Of a stretch of DNA of 14,963 nucleotides, positions 7,517-14,963 are shown piece by piece. The stretch's first letter is position 1, and the number at the start of each line of letters is the position of its first letter. The notes under the pieces are model-generated. The model had not been told where the DNA came from. It saw only the letters and a program-made list of their open reading frames with translations, and ran no database searches. This DNA comes from Candidatus Cloacimonadota bacterium (GTDB lineage Bacteria > Cloacimonadota > Cloacimonadia > Cloacimonadales > WRIO01): the NCBI GenBank assembly GCA_029564175.1, contig JAKQQL010000292.1:1-14963 (forward strand), in the 5' to 3' direction. Position numbers and translations under genes: made by a program.

Positions 7517-8119
7517 TTGAACATGATCTATTTTACTGCTGATTTACATATTGGCCACGAAAACATTGTTAAGTATTGTCAACGTCCTTTTAAGAATGCA
7601 GGTAAAATGAATACAATTCTGAAAAATGTTTTTAATGATATTGTTAAAGAAGATGATACCACTTATTTTCTTGGGGATTTGGCCTTATTTTCTGAAACCC
7701 AAAAGGCTGCACTTGAACAGGTTATTCGAAATTTGAATGGTAAAAAGAAATTGGTTCTTGGGAATCATGATATTATGAATCCTTTTACCTATCAAGAAAT
7801 TGGTTTTGCTGGTGTCCACACTTATCTTGATCGTTATTTTAAATGGGAAGATAATGTTTATCGAGTTCATCTTTCCCATGATCCTTGTGTAGCACAGGTT
7901 CCTAATTCTATTTGGATTTGTGGCCACGTTCATAATATTTTCAAAGTATCTTATAGTAAGAAATTGAATAATGTTATTGTTAATGTCGGTGTTGATATGT
8001 GGGATTTTAAACCGGTTTCTTTGAAGGAAGTTTTTGATCTGGCCTATCTGACTGTTCAGAGTTATAAAGGTAATTGGGAAATGATTAAGAAAAATTCTCA
8101 ATTGGAAGTAGAGGAATAG
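7517..8119 (+). CDS. Calcineurin-like metallophosphoesterase
   Basis: DLHIGH, LGD, GNHD, SHDP, GHVH and NVGVD motifs; AAGGAG RBS (start TTG7517 or ATG7523). Confidence 0.93.
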   Translation: MNMIYFTADLHIGHENIVKYCQRPFKNAGKMNTILKNVFNDIVKEDDTTYFLGDLALFSETQKAALEQVIRNLNGKKKLVLGNHDIMNPFTYQEIGFAGVHTYLDRYFKWEDNVYRVHLSHDPCVAQVPNSIWICGHVHNIFKVSYSKKLNNVIVNVGVDMWDFKPVSLKEVFDLAYLTVQSYKGNWEMIKKNSQLEVEE

Positions 8120-8127
8120 AACAATAA

Positions 8128-8153
8128 AAGGGAAGGATAATTATCCTTCCCTT
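8128..8153. terminator. Perfect 26-bp palindrome between convergent genes, probably a bidirectional terminator
   Basis: AAGGGAAGGATAA TTATCCTTCCCTT lies between stops at 8119 (+) and 8162 (-). Confidence 0.75.
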
Positions 8154-8161
8154 AGAATCAT

Positions 8162-9016
8162 TTATTCATTAAATTCATAATTCAATCTATCATAAGATGG
8201 TTTTGGATGCATTATAGCATTATGCATATTTAACTGTCTTTCAATTCTTAATTTCAAATCTTCTGGAATATCAAATGATCCATCAGATTGTTTTTTAAGA
8301 GGAATGGCAGTATCATTTCTTTGTTTTTGATGTGTAAATAAAATCCAAAATTCATCAGTATTAACCAGTGGCAAATGAGCCGCTTTCCACATTGAGTCTT
8401 TTGTATTACTAAACGCATTAATCAAAAATTCTTCATCAACAGTTCTATCACGATTTTTATTTTGTTGTTTTGCTATTTCAATATCCGTGATGACCCAAAT
8501 AATAGATGTATAATAGCCAAGACCTTTTAAGAATGATTGATATTCTTGAAGTTTAGTAAAATTGCCACCTGTAATATCTAACAAAACATTTGGTAATTTG
8601 CCCATGTTAGAATTAAAAAATTGTTCTTGGAGTTTCTTAAAATATGCTTTATCTGTAATAAATTCATGCATTACAGAATTGTCTTTTGGATTTTTAAAAT
8701 CAGGAATATGTCCGCCAAATGGTCTTAACAATTCTTCTTTGTCAGCTTCATTCGTCAAAGTTGCCAATTTTCTTTTTAAGAGTTTAACGTATATTTCTTT
8801 AATATCATCAATATTCATTGTCTTTACATCAATTGGGATTGAAGTATTTGACATGTAAGTTTTTCCACTTCCGGGACCACCCGTGACGGTCACGGCATGG
8901 CCATATTCAGGATAGGTCTTTCCATTAAAAGTCACGACTTTATTTTCTAGAAGACCATCCATTCCACGAGAATCAAGTATGGCATCAAATAAGTTAAGTT
9001 TAATAGGGTCTGGCAT
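8162..9016 (-). CDS. P-loop kinase, zeta-toxin/AAA_33-like
   Basis: Walker A GGPGSGKT, NIDD, Walker B VLLDITG, lid-like NRDR. AAGGTG RBS favours ATG9016 (MPDPIK) over 9052. Confidence 0.8.
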   Translation of the reverse strand: MPDPIKLNLFDAILDSRGMDGLLENKVVTFNGKTYPEYGHAVTVTGGPGSGKTYMSNTSIPIDVKTMNIDDIKEIYVKLLKRKLATLTNEADKEELLRPFGGHIPDFKNPKDNSVMHEFITDKAYFKKLQEQFFNSNMGKLPNVLLDITGGNFTKLQEYQSFLKGLGYYTSIIWVITDIEIAKQQNKNRDRTVDEEFLINAFSNTKDSMWKAAHLPLVNTDEFWILFTHQKQRNDTAIPLKKQSDGSFDIPEDLKLRIERQLNMHNAIMHPKPSYDRLNYEFNE

Positions 9017-9081
9017 ATACAATTCACCTTCTATAATATAAGAATGTTTCATATTAATTTAGTTTTGGGGGCACTTACACG

Positions 9082-10350
9082 ATGGCAAAATTAGACATGT
9101 TTACAAAAGGACGTAAACCTTACGTTTATGAAATTCAAGATCATCCAACTGATTTGGACGAATGGGCAAAAGATTTAAATAAAAGAATTTTACAGGAGTT
9201 TCAATATCTAAAATCAATTGAAGATAATAAAACATACCTCCTTCATCTTAAATTTGAAGAATTAAAAGAATATGTTTCGAAAATTGATAAGAGAAAAATT
9301 AAATCTGTTTTTGAAAAGACACAAAATTTTGATGATATGATGGAGTTTATGGAGAGAGAAAAGAATGATATTAAATTTATTGATGCTGATAAAGAACCAT
9401 ATAAAACAGATTGGTTAATTCTTAGAATGTTTGTTTCAACATTGTATTGGTCTCAAAATCCTGGCAGGAATCTAAGATATCTTCTTCAAATCAATGGAAA
9501 ATATTGTGGAATGTTTTCTCTTGCAAGTGATGTTATTGCTATGAGTGAAAGAGACAATTATATTGGGTGGGATAAATCAGTTAAGATTGAAGGCCCAAAG
9601 AGGTTAAATAATACATGTATTGCATCATCAATTGTCCCAACTCAACCAATTGGTTTTATGACAACTGGTGGTAAACTCATGTGTCTTTTGCTTCATTCAC
9701 ATTTTTTTCAAAAGGCTTGGAAAGAAAAGTATGGGGATATTCTTGCAGGAATGACAACAACATCTTTGTATGGAATTAATTCACAATATAATGGAATGCC
9801 TAAATATTGGAAAACTCTTGGGGTCACGAAAGGGAGTATAATACTTTCTCCTTTAGAAAAAACATATTCTGAAATAAGGGAATATTGTTTAAAGAGAGCT
9901 AAGATTGATAAAGATTTTGGTAAAAAATATGATGATGCTTTGAATGCAAAGAATGATACATGTGCTACCGGCCCAAAACAGAATGTATTAAATCTGTATT
10001 ACAAGGAATCTGGTTTTAAAGCTTTAATGTCTCAACATAAAATTCAAACAAGAGATTTACAATCTGGTTTTGAAAAAGGTATTTATTTTGCTAGATATTA
10101 TGATAATACAATTGATTTTCTACAGGGTAAAATAAATGAAGATCAATTGATTCCAAGAAAAGATTTCGATTTTGATATTCATGATTTAAATTCAATTGTT
10201 GATTATTGGAAAAGAAAATATGCTAACAATAGACTATTAAAAACAATGGAAATGGATTCGAAATATAGAGAACAATTCTTTCAGGATAAGATTTTTGAAA
10301 TTGATGACATTAAAGAATTTGTTCGAGTGTATGGAAAAAAAGAGGCTTGA
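9082..10350 (+). CDS. DUF4338 / Druantia DruA-like phage protein
   Basis: PGRNLRYL, SDV...RDNYIGW, IVPTQPIGF..GGKL and TTTSLYG..SQY motifs, recalled from this family in large phages. Confidence 0.7.
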   Translation: MAKLDMFTKGRKPYVYEIQDHPTDLDEWAKDLNKRILQEFQYLKSIEDNKTYLLHLKFEELKEYVSKIDKRKIKSVFEKTQNFDDMMEFMEREKNDIKFIDADKEPYKTDWLILRMFVSTLYWSQNPGRNLRYLLQINGKYCGMFSLASDVIAMSERDNYIGWDKSVKIEGPKRLNNTCIASSIVPTQPIGFMTTGGKLMCLLLHSHFFQKAWKEKYGDILAGMTTTSLYGINSQYNGMPKYWKTLGVTKGSIILSPLEKTYSEIREYCLKRAKIDKDFGKKYDDALNAKNDTCATGPKQNVLNLYYKESGFKALMSQHKIQTRDLQSGFEKGIYFARYYDNTIDFLQGKINEDQLIPRKDFDFDIHDLNSIVDYWKRKYANNRLLKTMEMDSKYREQFFQDKIFEIDDIKEFVRVYGKKEA

Positions 10351-10370
10351 CACAAAGCCTCTTTTCTGTT
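10338..10370 (+). terminator. Intrinsic terminator overlapping a stop codon and a promoter
   Basis: AAAAGAGGCTT(10338-10348)/AAGCCTCTTTT(10355-10365), then CTGTT. Confidence 0.75.
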
Positions 10371-10375
10371 ATACT
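10347..10375 (+). promoter_or_regulatory. sigma70-type promoter
   Basis: TTGACA(10347-10352)-17 bp-TATACT(10370-10375) with TGn extension. Confidence 0.85.
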
Positions 10376-10381
10376 GGAACT

Positions 10382-10489
10382 ATCTTGAGAAAGGGGGACT
10401 TCCCTCACCAGATAAAATGAATGAAAAAACTTTGCATGAAGAATATATCAAAAATTTGAGGAAGCCGGAATAAAGGCTTCCTCTTTTTT
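10382..10489 (+). other. ~110-nt transcription unit: small RNA or 18-aa peptide (10417-10473, MNEKTLHEEYIKNLRKPE)
   Basis: Bounded by the promoter at 10347-10375 and the terminator at 10458-10489. Confidence 0.5.
10458..10489 (+). terminator. Intrinsic terminator
   Basis: GAGGAAGCC(10458-10466)/GGCTTCCTC(10475-10483) followed by TTTTTT. Confidence 0.85.
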
Positions 10490-10490
10490 G

Positions 10491-11162
10491 TTATTGCCCC
10501 GGAATATGTGTTTTAGTTTTTTTAATTAAACAAGGTGAGTCTGTCCAGAGTTCATATTTCTTGGAAAAATAATCTTTTAACTGGTCAAAATCATTCAAAA
10601 CAAAATGGCCTACTTTGCCAGATGATTCAACCTCTTTCCACAGTCTATTGGCAGTTGAAAGACAAGATTCCAATCTATTTTTATCATATTCTGACAAATT
10701 TTCAATTGATTGTCCACTATAGTATTGAGAAAAATATTTTTGAATATCTTGAACAGTTTGTTTTGTTTTATCATAAAAATTGATCAATATTATAGAAGAT
10801 TCCCACATACATTGATCAAAATCCCTATTTGATCTACCAAAAATATAATTGAAATCTTCAAGTGCAAAACCAATGTTAATTCCCTTTTTCAAAAAACATT
10901 CATATTGATATCTTCCAAAAACATCTTCTGATCCAGAACCACCATGTGAAGTAGTCATGAATAAACTTTTTTGCCTACTTGGATAATCTTTTAATTTAGG
11001 ATTAGTTGTTAAGAAAATGAATTGATAAATAGAGCCAAGTGGCTTTCTTTGTCTTGGTTCTAGAATCGTATCATCATCAAATTCATTCTCCATATCTCTA
11101 TATAGATGGCAATTATTCTTTTTTTGACCATTCCATATATTCAGAATATTCGTTAATTTCAC
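10491..11162 (-). CDS. Hypothetical protein, possible ADP-ribosyltransferase fold
   Basis: 223-aa ORF, GTG start overlapping the upstream stop (GTGA); LYR...SLFMTTS...FG..Y...YELW resembles the R-S-E ART signature. The ORF is well supported, the function is tentative. Confidence 0.55.
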   Translation of the reverse strand: MKLTNILNIWNGQKKNNCHLYRDMENEFDDDTILEPRQRKPLGSIYQFIFLTTNPKLKDYPSRQKSLFMTTSHGGSGSEDVFGRYQYECFLKKGINIGFALEDFNYIFGRSNRDFDQCMWESSIILINFYDKTKQTVQDIQKYFSQYYSGQSIENLSEYDKNRLESCLSTANRLWKEVESSGKVGHFVLNDFDQLKDYFSKKYELWTDSPCLIKKTKTHIPGQ

Positions 11163-11284
11163 TTGCTTGTATTATCAGTTTTTTTATCTTTTGAATCGAC
11201 ATTTTTCTCATCAACTTTTTTAGATACTTTTTCTTGTTGTGATATCAATGATTTTACTTTCTTAAAAACATCTTTTTCTTTCAT
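11159..11284 (-). CDS. Small Lys-rich protein (41 aa, MKEKDVFKKV...)
   Basis: AGGCAGG upstream of ATG11284; its TGA overlaps the GTG of the next gene; not in the ORF track. Confidence 0.6.
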   Translation of the reverse strand: MKEKDVFKKVKSLISQQEKVSKKVDEKNVDSKDKKTDNTSK

Positions 11285-11364
11285 ACTTAAATCGCCTGCC
11301 TAAATAAAATATGATATTGAAACAAAAAGTTTCAAATTCAATAAAACAAAGGATTCTGAATTTC

Positions 11365-11525
11365 GGAACGTCCTAATTCACCTAGCCGGCATGAACCGTC
11401 AAAAAATAAAATCCCAATAAAAATCAATACTTGAACGAAATCATTAGAGAATAACGTGCTCAATAAAAATAAGGATTTTAAATTTTTCATTTTGTGCTTG
11501 CCGGGTGAGCCATCCACGATGTTCC
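11365..11525 (+). ncRNA. Candidate rod-shaped structured ncRNA
   Basis: Nested stems 11365-72/11518-25, 11377-95/11491-509, 11407-14/11473-80 and 11431-37/11455-63. G-U pairs indicate the + strand. Confidence 0.55.
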
Positions 11526-11544
11526 ATTTTAACTTTAGCGATAC

Positions 11545-11578
11545 AAAAAAAGGGACTGACCAAAATAGGCCAGTCCCT
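11545..11578 (-). terminator. Intrinsic terminator of the major capsid gene
   Basis: The - strand reads AGGGACUGGCC-UAUUUU-GGUCAGUCCCU-UUUUUU, 18 nt after the capsid stop. Confidence 0.9.
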
Positions 11579-11596
11579 TCTTTGATTCCCTATTTT

Positions 11597-13618
11597 TTAC
11601 ACAGTAATCGTAATTACACCGTAGAAGTCGGGACGAAGCATCGTTGTAGCATAACGAGTGCGTGCCATGATTGTAGGCATCTCTTGGTAAGTCACGGGCG
11701 TCAGACGAATAGGAACATAAGGAGAATAGACGAAACCCGTTTCATGAGGCTGCTTACCCTTGAAACCCATGAGAATCTTGTCATTTTCAACAAGAGGACT
11801 GACGAAGATATCATACTGACCTTGGACAGAACCAGCCTTGACAGTGCCAATACTCATTCCACCATTATCAACATTTGAACCACTAGGCTGCCAACCATTC
11901 ATTGAACGGAAAAGAGCAGCGGTAGCAGGACTACAGACCATGAAGGTAGCACCAGAAATATGTGTTGATTGGAAAATCTTGGCATTCAACTCTTCGACCT
12001 TAACCATAAGAGTCTTATACCATTCCTCTGGGCCTCTTGTCCAAGTTCCGGGCATTGTCTTGCTCCAAGAATTGGAATGGAAAGCACCAGTAAACAACTT
12101 ATAAAGAATTTCAGAGTCAATTTCAGTCAAGATAACTTGTGAAAGAGTATCAACAATCTTATCTTCACCATTTTCGCCAAATTCTGCTTCAACTTTGTGT
12201 TAGCTTAGACTTTCATCTAAGAACAGACTATATCTTCAACTTTTTTATATTTGAATATAAATGAAGTTGTTGGGCACTATTGATATATTATCGCTTGTGA
12301 TAGCTCAATATCTAGTCGTTGAACCTTCTCCATACTTTTATTCACTTTCAGGAGCTTGGATGCTGATTACCCATTGTAATATCCTTAAATTTTTCAAACA
12401 TTCACACTTGCCGTTTCCAGCTATGTTGTAGTATTAAGGCTTTAGGGACTTCCAGCAATTCACCCAATTGTTTTTCCTAACTATTTCTAATTAGGCGACC
12501 TTTGAAACAAAGTCTTCAAGGAACTCATCACTTTATCTTTAACTTCGTTCGTTAAAGAGTGGACTATATCTTCAACTTTTTCATTTACATGAATTTAAGT
12601 TGTCGGGCACTGTTTGGATTTTTATTGGCTGTCATGCCTCAAATCCTAGTCTCTGAACCTTCCACATACTAAATTGACATTCAGTGGCTTGGCTGCTGAT
12701 TAACCCCATGCCTCAATCATTTTCAAACATTCACGAATACCTTTTCAGGTTGCGTTGTAGTTGATTGATTTTTAGGGGCCTTCCAGCAATTCACCCGATT
12801 TATTGTATTGATATTTCTATCAATAGGAACCAATAAGTTTAGCTCCAGCTTGCACCTAGCTTACGAGATACCGTATCGACAGGAATAGACTTCAGGACAG
12901 GACGAATCTTGTTGAAAGTCTGGTCAGCACCAAAAGGAATGACCTTTTCCCAATTCTTGTAGTAATCCCAACGGAAACTATCAGCAGCATCACCAATAGC
13001 AGTGCTAAAATTCAGAACAGCCTGACGAGTATTAATGTTTACGCTACCAACAAGATTAAAAGCAGTCCCATTGACAGAAGCAACAAGCTGACGAACATCA
13101 CCATTTTTAAGAACCTGAGCAACAGGAATATCAGCATTAGCTGAATCATCGTGCATAATAAGCATCAATGTTCCTTCTGCCCACTCATTTGTAATAACAT
13201 CATTATAAGTAGTGAGATTACCAGCACCAGTAAGAGTGTCGGTTGTCACATGACTGGCTTCCATTGGGGTAGAATGCTTACGACGATCAGCAGCATTCGT
13301 CCATGGATACATTGTATTTCCAGTTGTTTCATCAACAAAGTCAAGGAAACGAATAGTCCCTTGAGCAGACTTTACAGGTTGAACTCCAACAATTTGCTGT
13401 GCAATCGTGTTAGGATATACACGCTGAACAAGTGGAAGTGTAACCTTAGGAATATAAATAAGATTATTTACTTTTGCGTCAGAAAGCAATGCTCTACGAG
13501 TATTCTCAAGAATAATGCTCATATCTTCGGCCAATTGGCCAGAATAACCATTCATCAACAGGGGCTTTGTTCTACTGGCCCAAACATCACGAGCAAGTAG
13601 GGCGTTATAATTCTTCAT
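11597..13618 (-). CDS. gp23: Major capsid protein, T4 gp23-like, spliced: complement(join(11597..12192,12511..12528,12841..13618)), 463 aa
   Basis: gp23-family motifs: LPLVQRVYP...IVGVQP, SRKL.ASWS.E...D, ILTEIDSEIL, MVCSP, MGFKG...GFVYSPYVP, P...ARTRY. GGAG RBS. Exons of 778+18+596 nt give 1392 nt in frame. Confidence 0.95.
12193..12510 (-). ncRNA. Group I intron 2 of the capsid gene (318 nt, no ORF)
   Basis: P AAUUGCUGGAA, Q AAUCAGCAUCC, R GUUCAACGACUA, S AAGAUAUAGUCU. P1 GACU|/GGUC with U-G at the splice site; P10 UGUUUCAA/UUGAAGCA; terminal G at 12193. Confidence 0.95.
12511..12528 (-). CDS. gp23: 18-nt micro-exon 2 of the capsid gene
   Basis: ATGAGTTCCTTGAAGACT; with the flanking exon bases it encodes Y-E-F-L-E-D-F. 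Confidence 0.92.
12529..12840 (-). ncRNA. Group I intron 1 of the capsid gene (312 nt, no ORF)
   Basis: P AAUUGCUGGAA, Q AAUCAGCAGCC, R GUUCAGAGACUA, S AAGAUAUAGUCC. P1 GGAGCU|/GGUUCC with U-G at the splice site; P10 AACUUAU/AUGAGUU; terminal G at 12529. Confidence 0.95.
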
Positions 13619-13656
13619 TTATAAAACACACTCCAATTATATTTTCAAGGTTTATT

Positions 13657-14787
13657 TTAATATTTGGGACTAATTAGCTTTTTCAGCTCTATCATCATTT
13701 CATCCGTTCCATCATTTTGTTCTTTTAATGTGGATGTAGACCTACCATAACCACCATTTGTTTGAAGATTCGGTTTTCTATTTGAAGCAGTGATAGGAGA
13801 TTTCTTACCCTCTTCATTTTTAATTTCCGAATTCTTCGAGTTTTCAGTTTTGGTTTTTTGTTCGCCAGCTAGAATAGAAGTAATGGCTTTTTGAGACTTC
13901 TGAGCAAGAATACTGAATTTTTGTGTATCCAAATCCATACCCTTAACAACATAAGAAAGAACCATTTTAATTTTATTTTTGTCAACTGAATTACCACTAG
14001 CAAAAGCCTTTTTTGTTTCAGAAAGAATATTAGAAAGAATGACATATTTCTTTCGAAGGTCTTGATTCATATTTTTAGCCAATAGATAATTCTTTTTGAC
14101 TTCTGATTGTCTCTCTTGGGCCATTGCAATCTTTGTATCAATATTTTTATTCTTTTCAATATATCCTTTGATGTTGTTAGCAAACAATTCTTCACGAAGA
14201 TTAGCCAAAACATATTTCTTAAATGAATAGCCAAGTTTAGCCATTTCAATAAGTTTGAACTTGTTTGATTTGTAAATATTGGCAATCAATCTATGAGATT
14301 CCATTGCAAGCTGTTTCTCTTCTTCTGACATGTCCTCATCCAATTCAGGCATTTCCTCGTCCATTTCCGAGGGGTTTTCTGAATTTTCTTCAAGGTTCTC
14401 TGATTCTTCCTCACCCATACCACCATCATTCTTTTCATGAAGAGCAACAATATAGTCCTGTAAAGAAGTAATGATATTCTGGAAGTCTACATTCTCAACT
14501 TCTTTTGTAATTGTAAAGTCATCCTTTGTAAAAGTGATAACTTGTTTACCTTCTTCATCAGTATTAACAACAATATCAATACCAAGGAAGTTGTAATTTT
14601 TAGGTTCTGAATCGCTTAATTCTTCTTTGACTTCTTCATTAGCGATTTCTTCCTTCTTTTCCTGAATGTTAGGATCAGAATTTAAATCCTCTGTTCCATC
14701 AACTGAAGTCGTTTCCATCATTTCTTCGTTCTTCAATTCATCCAAAACTTCTGCCATAAGGCCTGTAAGCATGGAATTCTTTTTCAT
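13657..14787 (-). CDS. Putative prohead core scaffolding protein (gp22 position)
   Basis: Immediately upstream of the capsid gene; very acidic N-half and helical basic C-half; GAGGTG RBS 8 nt before ATG14787. Function inferred from synteny. Confidence 0.65.
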   Translation of the reverse strand: MKKNSMLTGLMAEVLDELKNEEMMETTSVDGTEDLNSDPNIQEKKEEIANEEVKEELSDSEPKNYNFLGIDIVVNTDEEGKQVITFTKDDFTITKEVENVDFQNIITSLQDYIVALHEKNDGGMGEEESENLEENSENPSEMDEEMPELDEDMSEEEKQLAMESHRLIANIYKSNKFKLIEMAKLGYSFKKYVLANLREELFANNIKGYIEKNKNIDTKIAMAQERQSEVKKNYLLAKNMNQDLRKKYVILSNILSETKKAFASGNSVDKNKIKMVLSYVVKGMDLDTQKFSILAQKSQKAITSILAGEQKTKTENSKNSEIKNEEGKKSPITASNRKPNLQTNGGYGRSTSTLKEQNDGTDEMMIELKKLISPKY

Positions 14788-14825
14788 TAACAATTCACCT
14801 CAAATATTCGGATGCATATTATAGA

Positions 14826-14963
14826 TTAATTTATGATTTTTAGAATGTCTTCTTGAGCACTTTTTAAAGATTTTTCCAAAAATGAATTTTGTTCTTGAAG
14901 AGATTTGGTTTCACTCTCAACATTTTCGGTTGTTGAAATAATTTCATTCAACCTATTTTGTTT
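14826..14963 (-). CDS. C-terminal end of an upstream head-module gene (partial)
   Basis: Open frame KQNRLNEII...EDILKIIN* from the window edge to TAA at 14826; coiled-coil-like. Confidence 0.7.
   Translation of the reverse strand, partial: KQNRLNEIISTTENVESETKSLQEQNSFLEKSLKSAQEDILKIIN

Noticed and set aside
11456..12104. Plus-strand ORFs 11456-11878 and 11838-12104 (likewise 13151-13600, 1788-2288, 7685-8101)
   Set aside because: Antisense to well-supported genes, with no recognisable motifs.
12131..12838. Capsid gap as an intein, pseudogene or two separate genes
   Set aside because: No continuous ORF spans it, and group I cores with exact frame restoration explain it fully.

Overview
AT-rich segment of a large T4-like (gp23-type capsid) bacteriophage genome. 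The + strand, 1-10.4 kb, is an early/accessory region driven by sigma70-type promoters. It encodes a pentapeptide-repeat protein, small Zn-finger ORFs, an ATP-dependent DNA ligase, NADAR, a full-length dCache chemoreceptor (MCP) with a diverged signalling tip, a DUF1737-like protein, a metallophosphoesterase and a DUF4338/DruA-like protein. The - strand carries the head module (putative scaffold, major capsid protein), a P-loop kinase and an ADP-ribosyltransferase-like ORF. Main discovery: the capsid gene is split by two paralogous, ORF-less group I introns (12529-12840 and 12193-12510) flanking an 18-nt micro-exon (12511-12528). Splicing restores a 463-aa capsid ORF, and all four splice sites are supported by P1/P10 pairings read from the sequence. 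Also notable: an unannotated ~160-nt rod-shaped RNA candidate (11365-11525), terminators whose loops carry the -35 box of the next promoter, and a frameshifted antitoxin-like ORF. Family calls come from motif recognition by eye; no database search was run.
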